Source: Anaeromyxobacteraceae bacterium
GTDB lineage: Bacteria > Myxococcota > Myxococcia > Myxococcales > Anaeromyxobacteraceae
Length of the DNA stretch: 64,000 nt
NCBI GenBank assembly: GCA_047602405.1
Contig: JASGHJ010000001.1
Location: 2,240,001-2,304,000 of the forward strand
Reading direction: 5' to 3'
Shown here: positions 1 through 9,349 of the stretch, piece after piece
Position numbering within the stretch: position 1 is the stretch's first letter
Layout: each line of letters begins with the position of its first letter
Notes under the pieces: model-generated
Database searches by the model: none
The model's input: only the letters and a program-made list of their open reading frames with translations
Told to the model about the DNA's origin: nothing
Program-made: the position numbers and the translations under genes

Positions 1-162
1 GAGTTCTTCTTCCACTGGGAGGACACGCCGCTCCTCGTCGTCAACACGAGCGACGTCGACCTCGAGGGCGACGCCCAGGACCAGGAGGACCTGCTCGCGG
101 TCATCCGGAAGCACCGGAAGGGGACCCAGCACTACGTCCCGATGGGCACGAAGAGCGGTTGA
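1..162 (+). CDS. 3' end of a deoxynucleoside kinase family protein (partial)
   Basis: Frame 1 reads EFFFHWEDTPLLVVNTSDVDLEGDAQDQEDLLAVIRKHRKGTQHYVPMGTKSG*, like the C-terminus of dNK-family proteins, which often precede panB. Confidence 0.7.
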   Translation, partial: EFFFHWEDTPLLVVNTSDVDLEGDAQDQEDLLAVIRKHRKGTQHYVPMGTKSG

Positions 163-216
163 CTCCGATGTCAGTTGAAGCGCGCGGTACGATTGAAGAT
201 TAGATAGACGTCAGCA

Positions 217-280
217 GTCCGGCTCATGGGCAGGACCCCACGCCTCCTTTCTCGGAGGCACAGGGCCTACACCGGAGGTC
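217..280 (+). promoter_or_regulatory. Tandem hairpins in the panB 5' leader (candidate pan RNA motif)
   Basis: GTCC-G-GCTC-AT-GGGC-A-GGAC and CCC..GCCTCC-TTTCTC-GGAGGC..GGG stems just upstream of the GGAGG RBS of panB. Confidence 0.35.
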
Positions 281-287
281 GAACCCA

Positions 288-1208
288 ATGTCGTCCCAGG
301 TCCCCGCGCCGCGGAGGCGCGTCACCATCCACGAGCTCGCGCGCATGAAGGCCGCGGGCGATCCCATCGCGGTCGTCACCGCCTACGACGCCACGGCGGC
401 CCGCTGGGCCGACGCGGCCGGCGTCGACGTCATCCTCGTCGGCGACTCGCTCGGCATGGTCGTGCAGGGCCACGACTCGACGCTGCCGGTCACGCTCGAC
501 CAGATGGTCTACCACGGCGCCGCGGTCCGCCGCGGGCTCGCCAGGGGTTCGGGCCGGCCGCACCTCGTCGTCGACATGCCGTTCGGCAGCTACCACGCGA
601 GCGTGGACGAGGCCGTGAAGGCCGCCGCCCGGCTCGTCGCCGAGGGCGGGGCCGAGGCCGTGAAGCTCGAGGGCGGCGCCGAGTTCGTGGAGGTCGTGAA
701 GCGCATCACGCGCGCGGGCGTGCCGGTCATGGGCCACATCGGCCTCACGCCGCAGTCGGTCCACAAGATGGGCGGCTACGTCGTGCAGGGGAAGGACGCC
801 GACAAGGCGGCCCTGATCCTGAAGGACGCCCTCGCCCTCGAGGCGGCGGGCTGCTACGCGATCGTGCTCGAGTGCGTCCCGGAGGAGCTCGCCCGCGTCG
901 TCAGCGGCCGGCTCTCCATCCCGACCATCGGCATCGGCGCCGGCGTCCACTGCGACGGTCAGGTGCTCGTGCTCAACGACCTCCTCGGCATGGATCCGTC
1001 GTTCACGCCGAAGTTCGTGAAGCACTTCGCGACCGTCTCGGAGGCGGCCACCGCCGGCATCGCGGCCTACGTCGCCGAGGTGAAGGGCCGGACCTTCCCG
1101 GACGACGCCCACAGCTTCCACGCGCCCAACGTGCGCCTCCTGCCGCTGCCCGCGCTCGCAGGCGACGACGAGGAGCCCCACGGCGGCGTGATGGGGGCGC
1201 CGGTCTAG
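288..1208 (+). CDS. panB: 3-methyl-2-oxobutanoate hydroxymethyltransferase
   Basis: [47 protein letters not shown] motifs. Confidence 0.97.
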   Translation: MSSQVPAPRRRVTIHELARMKAAGDPIAVVTAYDATAARWADAAGVDVILVGDSLGMVVQGHDSTLPVTLDQMVYHGAAVRRGLARGSGRPHLVVDMPFGSYHASVDEAVKAAARLVAEGGAEAVKLEGGAEFVEVVKRITRAGVPVMGHIGLTPQSVHKMGGYVVQGKDADKAALILKDALALEAAGCYAIVLECVPEELARVVSGRLSIPTIGIGAGVHCDGQVLVLNDLLGMDPSFTPKFVKHFATVSEAATAGIAAYVAEVKGRTFPDDAHSFHAPNVRLLPLPALAGDDEEPHGGVMGAPV

Positions 1209-1218
1209 CGCCACCTCC

Positions 1219-2088
1219 ATGAAGACGCCCGAGCTGTTCACGAGCCCCGCCGCTTGGGCGGCCCGCTGCCTCGCGGCCCGCGACGCGGGCACCCGCATCG
1301 CGCTCGTGCCGACGATGGGGTTCCTCCACGAGGGCCACCTCTCGCTCATGCGGGAGGCCAGGCGCCGCGCGGACGCCGGCGGCCGCCCCGGGCTCGCCCT
1401 CGCGACGATCTTCGTGAACCCCGCCCAGTTCGGCCCGAGGGAGGACCTCTCGCGCTACCCGCGCGACCTCGAGGGCGACCTCGCGAAGTGCGCCGCGGCG
1501 GGCATCGACGCCGTGCTCGCGCCGCCCGACCCGGCGCTCGTCTACGGGCCCCACCACCAGACCTGGATCGAGGTCGGCGACGTCGCCCAGGGGCTCTGCG
1601 GCGCCTCCCGCCCCGGTCACTTCCGCGGCGTGGCGACCGTGGTCGCGAAGCTCCTCAACCTGTCGCGCCCGCACGTCGCGCTCTTCGGCGAGAAGGACTT
1701 CCAGCAGCTCGCCGTGATCCGCGCGATGGTCCGCGACCTCGACCTGGGCGTCGAGATCTCCGGGATGCCCATCGTGCGCGAGCCGGACGGCCTCGCGATG
1801 TCCTCCCGGAACGCCTACCTCTCGGCCGACGAACGCCTCCGGGCGCTCGCGCTCTCGCGGTCGCTCGCCGCCGCCGCCGAGGCGGCGCGCCGCGGCGAGC
1901 GGGACGCGGCCGCGCTCCGGGCCCGCGCCCGGGCCGCGCTCGAGGCCGCGCCCGTCAAGATCGACTACGTCGAGATCGTGGAGCCGGAGACCCTGAAGCC
2001 CGTGGAGGTGGCGGCGCCCGGCGCGGTGATGCTCGTCGCGGCCTTCGTCGGCACGACCCGGCTCATCGACAACGCGAGGCTGCCGTGA
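1219..2088 (+). CDS. panC: Pantoate--beta-alanine ligase
   Basis: VPTMGFLHEGH, IFVNPAQF, RPGHFRGV, FGEKDFQQ, GLAMSSRN, RLIDN motifs. Confidence 0.97.
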   Translation: MKTPELFTSPAAWAARCLAARDAGTRIALVPTMGFLHEGHLSLMREARRRADAGGRPGLALATIFVNPAQFGPREDLSRYPRDLEGDLAKCAAAGIDAVLAPPDPALVYGPHHQTWIEVGDVAQGLCGASRPGHFRGVATVVAKLLNLSRPHVALFGEKDFQQLAVIRAMVRDLDLGVEISGMPIVREPDGLAMSSRNAYLSADERLRALALSRSLAAAAEAARRGERDAAALRARARAALEAAPVKIDYVEIVEPETLKPVEVAAPGAVMLVAAFVGTTRLIDNARLP

Positions 2089-2576
2089 AGGGCGCCGCGG
2101 GCAAGAAGCGGGTCGCGGAGGGCGAGAAGGTCGTCGCCTCCAACCGGCGCGCGCGCTTCGACTACACCATCGAGGACGCGTGGGAGGCCGGGCTCGTGCT
2201 CACCGGCAGCGAGGTGAAGTCGCTGCGCGAGAGCAACGTGAACCTCTCCGACGCCTACGCGCAGCCGCGGGGCGGCGAGCTCTTCCTCGTGAACTGCCGG
2301 ATCGGCGAGTACAAGCAGGCCGCGCACTTCGGGCACGACCCGCTGCGGGAGCGCAAGCTCCTCATGTCCCGCGCGGAGCTCGAGCGCGTACGCGGCAAGG
2401 TCGAGCAGCGCGGCTACACGCTCGTCCCGCTGCGCCTGTACTTCAAGGACGGCTGGGCGAAGGTCGAGCTCGGCCTCGGGAAGGGCCGCACCCACGAGGA
2501 CCGGCGCGACGCCATCGCGGAGCGCGAGTCCAAGCGGGAGGTCGAGAAGGCGCTCGGCCGGGCGCGCAAGCGCTGA
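2085..2576 (+). CDS. smpB: SsrA-binding protein SmpB
   Basis: GTG overlaps the panC stop; NRRARFDY..EAGLVLTGSEVKSLR, RKLLM, GYTLVPL, KVELGLGKG motifs. Confidence 0.95.
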   Translation: MKGAAGKKRVAEGEKVVASNRRARFDYTIEDAWEAGLVLTGSEVKSLRESNVNLSDAYAQPRGGELFLVNCRIGEYKQAAHFGHDPLRERKLLMSRAELERVRGKVEQRGYTLVPLRLYFKDGWAKVELGLGKGRTHEDRRDAIAERESKREVEKALGRARKR

Positions 2577-2684
2577 GCGGCCTCCGGCAAGGCCGTACGA
2601 CGGGCTGCGGCACGTACCATGGGCGCGGGGCACGGCGGGGGCCTCCCGCGCCCCCGCGCACATCGGGTAGGCTCGTGTGCGCAG

Positions 2685-3590
2685 ATGTTCGACCGGCTCA
2701 GCCTCCCCGAGGACGTCGTCGACTGCCGCGGCCGCCTGGTCGCGCGGCGGGGCTTCGTCGTGTCGCCGGAGGTGATCGACGAGGCCGCCGCGACCGCCTC
2801 GCCGGAGGCGCCCGTCGCGCTCTCCGGCACGCCGCTCGCGCTCGACGTCGCGGACCCGCTCGACGACCCGACGTACCAGCACCTGTTCCAGGGCCCCGAG
2901 GTCCGCGACGCCGTCGAGCGCGTGCTCCTCGGCGTCCGGCTGCCGCCGGTGCTCTTCGAGGAGTTGCTCGCCGCGCGCCGCAACGGCTCGCCGGTGCACC
3001 GCCACGCCTTCGTGACCGCCGCGGTCGCGGTGCGGATGCTGCTCTCCGCGCTCGGCGAGGCCCGCGGCCTGAGCGACCTCGCCGCGGCCGCGCTCCTCCA
3101 CGACCTCGGCATGCGCCACCTCCCGGCGCGCCTCCTGCGCGGCCAGGAGCGCCTGACCCGCGACGACGCCGACCGGATCGCCTCGCACCCGCTCGTGGGC
3201 GCCTACCACCTCGCGACCGTCCTCGGCCGCCACCCGGCCGTCTCCGCCGCCCGCAGCCATCACTGGCGGTGCGGCCAGGGCTACCCGGTGTTGCCGTCGG
3301 CCCCGCCGCGCTCCATCGAGGTCATCTCGGTCGCGAGCGCCTTCGCGGCGCTCACGCAGCCGCGCTCCTACCGCTCCGGCGCCTTCGACGCCCGCGGCGC
3401 CTGCGACGTCCTCGTGGAGGAGGCCGCCCGCGGCCGCGCCGACGGCTCCTCCGTGAAGCTCCTCGTCCACGCGCTGCGCGGCGGCCGCGGCGACCCGCGC
3501 GCCATCCGCTTCGGGCACGAGCGCGTCGGGCACACGCCCGAGCAGAACGGCTACGTCCCGCCGGCGCCGCCCGACCGCAATCCGGTCTAG
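2685..3590 (+). CDS. HD-GYP-like domain protein (degenerate)
   Basis: LLHDLGM, HPLVGA, HHWRCGQGYP and ASAFAALTQPRSYR resemble HD-GYP motifs; start could be 2619 or 2685. Confidence 0.7.
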   Translation: MFDRLSLPEDVVDCRGRLVARRGFVVSPEVIDEAAATASPEAPVALSGTPLALDVADPLDDPTYQHLFQGPEVRDAVERVLLGVRLPPVLFEELLAARRNGSPVHRHAFVTAAVAVRMLLSALGEARGLSDLAAAALLHDLGMRHLPARLLRGQERLTRDDADRIASHPLVGAYHLATVLGRHPAVSAARSHHWRCGQGYPVLPSAPPRSIEVISVASAFAALTQPRSYRSGAFDARGACDVLVEEAARGRADGSSVKLLVHALRGGRGDPRAIRFGHERVGHTPEQNGYVPPAPPDRNPV

Positions 3591-3757
3591 GTTTGGTCGT
3601 TCGCATGCAGGCCCGCCGCGAGCTCCGCGGGCACCTCCGCTGTCGGCATGCGTGTCCGTGGGAGCCAAACGGGCCTCCGCGACAGCGCTTGCTCGGACGG
3701 GTGTGAGACGGAACAGATCGCCGGAACCGTTGCCGTTGCATGGCGGTGACCGCCGCA

Positions 3758-3859
3758 GCAGGCCTGCGCGCGAGTTGCGCGTATCGGCGTCGTGCGCTAC
3801 GCGCACGGCGCCGACACACGCCCTCGTCACTTGGCCTGCATTGCCAGGATCCTGGAGAC
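3758..3859. repeat. Hairpin-core repeat, copy A (inverted relative to 4187-4289)
   Basis: 11 differences over 103 aligned columns against the reverse complement of 4187-4289; folds as a long hairpin closed by GCAGGCC/GGCCTGC. Confidence 0.9.
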
Positions 3860-4186
3860 CGTACCGAGCCCGTCGCTCGCTGCGCGCTGCTGCGGAGACC
3901 CGTTTGGCTCTCGGGCGTGGTGGACGGTGAGCGGCCGTGGCTGCTGGGTGCTGATGAACGACCAACGGGCCCGCTGGTGTTGCGGCGACGGGCTCCCATT
4001 CATCCGCGCTGGTGCATGCTCCGGTCTCTGCCCGTCCCCGCCCGCCCCGCGTCGTTCACCCGCCGCATCTGATTCACCTTTAGTTCATCACTCGCCACCT
4101 AGCAGTTTCGGCCGACCGCAGTCCGCAACGCTCCGAAGGCGAGACGCGCCCCCGCAGCGCCGGCCGGCGGAGGTCGGGCTCTCCAC

Positions 4187-4289
4187 GTCACCAGGATCCT
4201 AGCGAATGCAGGCCAAGTGACGAGGGCGTGTGACGGCGACGTGCGCGCAGCGCACGGCGTCGTCACGCGCAACTCGCACGCAGGCCTGC
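4187..4289. repeat. Hairpin-core repeat, copy B
   Basis: Inverted copy of 3758-3859 with a compensatory change in the apical stem. Confidence 0.9.
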
Positions 4290-4290
4290 C

Positions 4291-4337
4291 TGGTTCGACT
4301 CCGCCGCGCTTCGCGCGGCTACGCTCACCATGAGCGG
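4291..4337 (-). repeat. Palindromic REP-like element, family 1 (intergenic copy)
   Basis: Minus strand CCGCTCA-TGGT-GAGCGTAG-CCGCGC-GAA-GCGCGG-CGGAGTCGA-ACCA. Confidence 0.85.
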
Positions 4338-4448
4338 GAGATGTGGTGACGTCAGACCGACGCAGCCGGCCGGCGTCGCGGGGGCGCGTCGAGCCCCCTC
4401 GGTCACGTGACGCCGACTGCCTTGGGGGCCCTGCGGTGCGGGTAGGGT

Positions 4449-4787
4449 TCAGCCCTTCGGGAGCAGCACCTCGCGCAGGTAACTCCACGAGAAGATGCCG
4501 GTGTCGTGCCCGTCGGAGAAGTGCAGCTTCACGGCGTAGTTGCCGACCGGCTCGATCTCCGCGATGCGGATGCCGGCGGGGATGGTGGCGGGATCCAGGA
4601 TCTTCCGGCCCGAGCCCTCCTCGACGCAGCCCGCGCAGGGGCACGCGTCGCGCAGCCCGAACGCGGACACCACGGTCTCGAGGCCGCCCGGCCAGACGAA
4701 GCGCAGCTCGCCCTGCTCGGTGAAGTCGATCGCCTCCGGCGGCTCGGCCGTCTGGCTCTTGAACTGGATCTTGTCGAGGAGGCCCAT
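4449..4787 (-). CDS. DUF971 / gamma-butyrobetaine hydroxylase N-terminal-like protein
   Basis: LRDACPCAGC and VGNYAVKLHFSDGHDTGIFSW motifs. Confidence 0.88.
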   Translation of the reverse strand: MGLLDKIQFKSQTAEPPEAIDFTEQGELRFVWPGGLETVVSAFGLRDACPCAGCVEEGSGRKILDPATIPAGIRIAEIEPVGNYAVKLHFSDGHDTGIFSWSYLREVLLPKG

Positions 4788-4838
4788 GGCGGGGTGGTTT
4801 TGCCGCCGGCGGGGCCCGGCGTCAACCCCGCCGGCGCG

Positions 4839-5580
4839 TCAGATGGGCGCGAGCGCCTGGAGGAGCTCGGAGCGGTCCTCCATCGGCGCGAGGCAGGGGC
4901 GGGTGTCGGAGACGAAGAGCTCGGAGGTGGTGACGTCCCCGGTGAGGCGCAGCACGGCCGAGGAGCGCGTGCCGTAGGCCGGGTCCATGTGGATGCAGAA
5001 TCCCCGGGGGCGTGCCGTCCGGGCCGGCGTGCGAGCCGAGCATGAGCTGGAGCCGCTCGGGGGCGAGGTCGGTCGGCCAGCGGGCGCGGACGAGGTCGGC
5101 GCGCGGGCCCCTCCCGGCGCGGTCGCTCTCGGTGACGACGTGCAGGCCCGGGCCGAGCGTCTCGAAGCCGCTCCGCTCGCCGTCGTACCACCACAGGAAG
5201 GCGCCCTTCGCGTCGGCGACCACGAGGTGGAACGGGTTCCAGGCCTCGGCGCGCTCGGCAAAGAGCGCGCTGCGCGCGGCGGACGCGTCGGGCGCGGCGA
5301 GCGCCAGGCCGACGATGTCGCCGCGCGAGCGGCGCTCGGGGTCGGGGTACCAGTCGAAGGGCGCGTGGTAGTTCGTGAGCGCGGCGAGGACCGCGCGCGA
5401 GGAGACGCCGATCCAGGTGCCGCCCGCGAGGACGTCGCGGGGGGCGGCGTAGCGGGTGCCGGCCGGCGTCTCCCGGAGGGCCCAGCCCTCCGCCTGGCGC
5501 CCGAGCCGCTCGTCGCGGTTCGCGGCGACGACCACCGGCCAGCGGCGGTCCTGTCCGAGCGCGACGGCGAGGGTGCACAT
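4839..5580 (-). CDS. NRDE/TANGO2 family protein, split by a +1 frameshift near 5000
   Basis: MCTL..AANRDE, GGTWIGV and ALTN in one frame; CIH..YGTRSS C-terminus in another; removing one base at 4999-5000 restores the frame. Confidence 0.85.
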
Positions 5581-5611
5581 GCTCTCGACCCCTGAAAGGA
5601 AGCGGCCCCGG

Positions 5612-5651
5612 AAAAGAGACGGGCGCGGCGGCCGGGAGGCCACCGCGCCCG
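5612..5651 (-). terminator. Likely intrinsic terminator after pckG
   Basis: GC-rich stem CGGGCGCGG(T)GGCC/GGCC(G)CCGCGCCCG followed by TCTCTTTT on the minus strand. Confidence 0.6.
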
Positions 5652-5664
5652 GGGGACGCCGAGT

Positions 5665-7449
5665 CTACGCCCTCTTCGCGGCCGAGCGCACGCGCTCGAG
5701 CAAGAGCTCGCGCTGCAGCGCGAGCGGGCGCGGGAGCGTCGGCCCGAGCTTCTGGAACCACTCCTCCTCGGAGGCGAACTCGTTCTCCCACTCGGCGTAG
5801 TCGATCTTCATCGCCTCCTCGACCGCGCCGGCCGGGACCTCGAGGCCGCCGAGGTTGAGGTCGGAGATGCGCGGCACCCAGCCGACCAGCGTCTCCTTCG
5901 CGCCGATCCGGCCCTGCGCGCGGTCGATGATCCACTTGAGGACGCGCATGTTCTCGCCGTAGCCCGGCCAGAGGAACTTGCCCTCCGAGCTCTTCCGGAA
6001 CCAGTTCACCATGAAGATCTTCGGCGGGTTCGGGATCTTCGACTGCATGTCGAGCCAGTGCTGCAGGTAGGTGCCGGCGTCGTAGCCGATGAACGGCAGC
6101 ATCGCCATCGGGTCGCGGCGCACGCCCTCCTTCAGGCCGACCGCCGCGGCGGTGGTCTCGGAGCCCATGGTGGCGCCGAGGAACACGCCGTGGGTCCAGT
6201 TGAAGGACTGGAGCACGAGCGGGACCGTGGTCGAGCGGCGGCCGCCGAAGATGATCGCGGAGATGGGCACGCCCTTCGCGTGGTCGGCGAACGGCGAGAG
6301 CGCCGGGTTGTTCGACATCGGCGCCGTGAAGCGGCTGTTCGGGTGCGCCGCCTTCTCGGTCGAGCCCTTCTTCCAGGGCTGGCCCTTCCAGTCGATCATC
6401 TCGGCGTAGGGCTCGTTGTCCTTGCCCTCCCACCACACGTCGCCGTCCGCGGTGCGCGCGACGTTCGTGAAGATCGTGTCGCGCTCGATGGAGCGCATCG
6501 CGTTCGGGTTGGTCTTGAAGTTCGTGCCCGGCACGACGCCGAAGTAGCCGGCCTCGGGGTTCACGGCCCAGAGCCGGCCGCCGTCGCCCACGCGGAGCCA
6601 CGCGATGTCGTCGCCGACCGTGCGGATGGTCCAGCCGTCGAAGCTCTTCGGCGGGATCAGCATCGCGAAGTTGGTCTTGCCGCACGCCGACGGGAAGGCG
6701 GCCGCGACGTAGGACACCTCGCCCTCGGGGCTCTCGGCCTCGAGGATGAGCATGTGCTCGGCGAGCCAGCCCTCCTGGCGGGCGAGGTGGCTGCCGATGC
6801 GGAGCGCGAGGCACTTCTTGCCGAGGAGCGCGTTGCCGCCGTAGCCCGAGCCCACCGACCAGATCGTGTTGTCCTGGGGGAAGTGGCAGATGAAGCGGGC
6901 GTCGGGGTTGAGGTCGCGCGTCGCGTGGAGGCCCTTGTTGAAGTCGCGGCTCGTGTCGCCGAGGCGGTCGAGCGCCTGCGTCCCCATGCGCGTCATGAGC
7001 CCCATGTTGAGGGCCACGTAGATCGAGTCGGTGATCTCGACGCCGACCTTCGCGAAGGGCGACGAGACCGGCCCCATCACGTAGGGCACCACGAACATCG
7101 TGCGGCCCTTCATCGAGCCGTCGTACAGCGCGCCGAGCTTCCGGTACGCCTCGCCGGGATCCATCCAGTTGTTGGTGGGGCCGGCCTCGGCCTTCGTCGG
7201 CGTGCAGATGAAGGTGAGGTGCTCGACGCGGGCGACGTCGTTCTTGTCGGAGTGGTGGTAGTAGCAGCCCGGCCACTTCTTCTGGTCGAGCGGGATCAGG
7301 ACCTTCTTCGCCACCGCCTCCTCGGTGAGGCGCTTCTTCTCCTCCGCCGAGCCGTCGCACCAGACGATCTTGTCCGGCTTGCAGAGGCGGGCCATCTCAT
7401 CGACCCAGGCGAGCAGGTGCGGATTCTTGGTCGGACGCTCCGTCGACAT
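5665..7449 (-). CDS. pckG: Phosphoenolpyruvate carboxykinase (GTP)
   Basis: GSGYGGNALLGKKC, WLAEHM, FPSACGKTN, VGDDIAW, NPEAGYFGV, HPNSRF, RRDPMAMLPF motifs. Confidence 0.96.
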   Translation of the reverse strand: MSTERPTKNPHLLAWVDEMARLCKPDKIVWCDGSAEEKKRLTEEAVAKKVLIPLDQKKWPGCYYHHSDKNDVARVEHLTFICTPTKAEAGPTNNWMDPGEAYRKLGALYDGSMKGRTMFVVPYVMGPVSSPFAKVGVEITDSIYVALNMGLMTRMGTQALDRLGDTSRDFNKGLHATRDLNPDARFICHFPQDNTIWSVGSGYGGNALLGKKCLALRIGSHLARQEGWLAEHMLILEAESPEGEVSYVAAAFPSACGKTNFAMLIPPKSFDGWTIRTVGDDIAWLRVGDGGRLWAVNPEAGYFGVVPGTNFKTNPNAMRSIERDTIFTNVARTADGDVWWEGKDNEPYAEMIDWKGQPWKKGSTEKAAHPNSRFTAPMSNNPALSPFADHAKGVPISAIIFGGRRSTTVPLVLQSFNWTHGVFLGATMGSETTAAAVGLKEGVRRDPMAMLPFIGYDAGTYLQHWLDMQSKIPNPPKIFMVNWFRKSSEGKFLWPGYGENMRVLKWIIDRAQGRIGAKETLVGWVPRISDLNLGGLEVPAGAVEEAMKIDYAEWENEFASEEEWFQKLGPTLPRPLALQRELLLERVRSAAKRA

Positions 7450-7673
7450 TCGCGCTTCCTTTCCTGGGCGCACGTGTCGCCCGGCGAGGGGTCCTGAACG
7501 GGGGGCCCCGAAGCTAGCGCACGGGCGGCTGCCCGTCGAGCCCGCACCGGAGGTGCGCGAAGTTTGCGCCCGGGTGCGTGTGCTGCCCTCAAGGTTTAGC
7601 CCTGGCGCCCCGCGCGAGCAGGCCGGGACGGCGTCGCCCGCGGCCGCGGTGACGGCTGCCTACGCAGTGCGGC

Positions 7674-9345
7674 GTGATCAGCGTCAGGAGGATGGACGCC
7701 CCCCTCCACGGTCCCGTCTTCGTGCCCGGCGGCACCCGCTTCAGGCTCTGGGCGCCGCTCCAGCGGCGCCCGGCCGTCGAGGTCGAGGGCAGGGCCCCGG
7801 CCCCGCTCGCGCCCGCCGGGGACGGCTTCTGGGCGCTCGACGTGCCCGGAGCCGGACCCGGCGACCGCTACGCCTTCGTGCTCGACGACGGCCGGCGGGT
7901 GCCCGACCCCGCCTCGCCCCGCCAGCCCGGGGGCGTGCACGGGCCCTCGCAGACTCTTCGATCCCGGCGCCCACCGCTGGTCGGACGACGGCTGGCGCGG
8001 GCTCCCGCTCGAGGAGCTCGTGATCGAGGAGGTGCACGTCGGGACCTACACGCCCGACGGCACGCTCGACGCCGCGGCCGCGCGCCTCCCGGAGGCGGTC
8101 GAGCTCGGCGTCACCTGCGTCGAGCTCATGCCGCTGCAGCCCTTCCCGGGCCGGCGGAACTGGGGTTACGACGGCGTGTCGCTCCACGCGGTGCACGAGG
8201 CGTACGGCGGGCCCGCGGCGCTGCAGCGCCTCGTCGACCGCGCCCACGGGCTCGGGCTCGCGGTGTGCCTCGACGTCGTCTACAACCACCTCGGCCCGGA
8301 GGGGAACTACCTCGGGCTCGTCGCGCCCTACTTCACGAGGCGTCACCACACCCCCTGGGGCGACGGGCTCGACCTCGACGGCCCGGGCGCCGCGCCGGTG
8401 CGCGCGCTCCTCGTCGAGGCCGCGCTGCGGTGGGTCCGCGACTTCCGGGTCGACGCGCTCCGCCTCGACGCGACCCACGCGATCGAGGACGGCTCGGCCC
8501 GCCACCTCGTCGCGGAGCTCGCGGCGGCCGTCCACGCCGAGGCGGCGCGCTCCGGGCGGCGCGTGCACGTCATCGCGGAGAGCGACGAGAACGACCGCAA
8601 GGTCCTCGACCCGCCGCCGGCGGGGTGGGGCTGCGACGCGGTCTGGGCCGACGACCTCCACCACGCGCTGCACGCGCTCGCGACGGGCGAGCGGGGCAAG
8701 TTCCTCGTCGACTTCGGCTCCGTGGAGCGCGTCGCCCAGGCGCTGCGCGGCGGGTTCGCGCTGCAGGGCGGGCGGTCGCTCTACCGGGGCCGGCCGCACG
8801 GGACGCCGACGGCCGGCCTCGCCCCGGCGCGCTTCGTGACCTGCCTGCAGAACCACGACCAGGTCGGCAACCGGCCCTCGGGCGAGCGGCTCTCCACGCT
8901 CGTGCCACGCGAGGCCCTCGCGCCGCTCGCCGCCGTGGTGCTCCTCGGCTCGGGCACGCCGCTCCTCTTCATGGGCGAGGCCTACGGCGAGGAGAACCCG
9001 TTCCTCTACTTCACCTCGCACACGGACCCGGCCCTCGCCCGCGCCGTCAGCGAGGGCCGCCGCGCCGAGTTCATCGCCGAGGGCGCGGCCGACGTGCCGG
9101 ACCCGCAGGCGATCGGCACGTTCGAGCGCTCCCGCCCGGTGCGCCGCAAGGACGGCTGGCACGGCGAGCTCCTCGAGCGCTACCGGGAGCTCCTCGCGAT
9201 CCGGCGGCGCCACCTCCCGGCGATCTCGGCGGGCTGGCCGGAGGTCCGCGTCGAGGGGCGGAGCCTGAAGTTCGAACGGCCCGGGCTCACCTTGACGGTG
9301 AACCTCGGGCCGGACCGGTGGAGCTACGAGGTGGTCGAAGGGTAG
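7674..9345 (+). CDS. treZ: Malto-oligosyltrehalose trehalohydrolase (GH13), frameshift near 7953
   Basis: FRLWAP..PDPASPRQPGGVHGPS N-terminus, then in the +1 frame WGYDGV, DVVYNHLGPEGNY, LRLDATH, QNHDQVGNR, PLLFMGE; start 7674 or 7692. Confidence 0.88.
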
Positions 9346-9349
9346 GGGC

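Noticed and set aside
3593..3966. Integron attC site
   Set aside because: Ends read GTT...AAC, the reverse of attC polarity; it is too long and no integrase or cassette array is present
3951..3990. Hammerhead ribozyme core (CTGATGA)
   Set aside because: No GAAA follows the putative stem II
4291..4330. tmRNA or tRNA 3' end (GGTTCGACTCC...CACCA) downstream of smpB
   Set aside because: No T-stem or matching acceptor stem; the sequence is explained as a minus-strand family-1 palindrome
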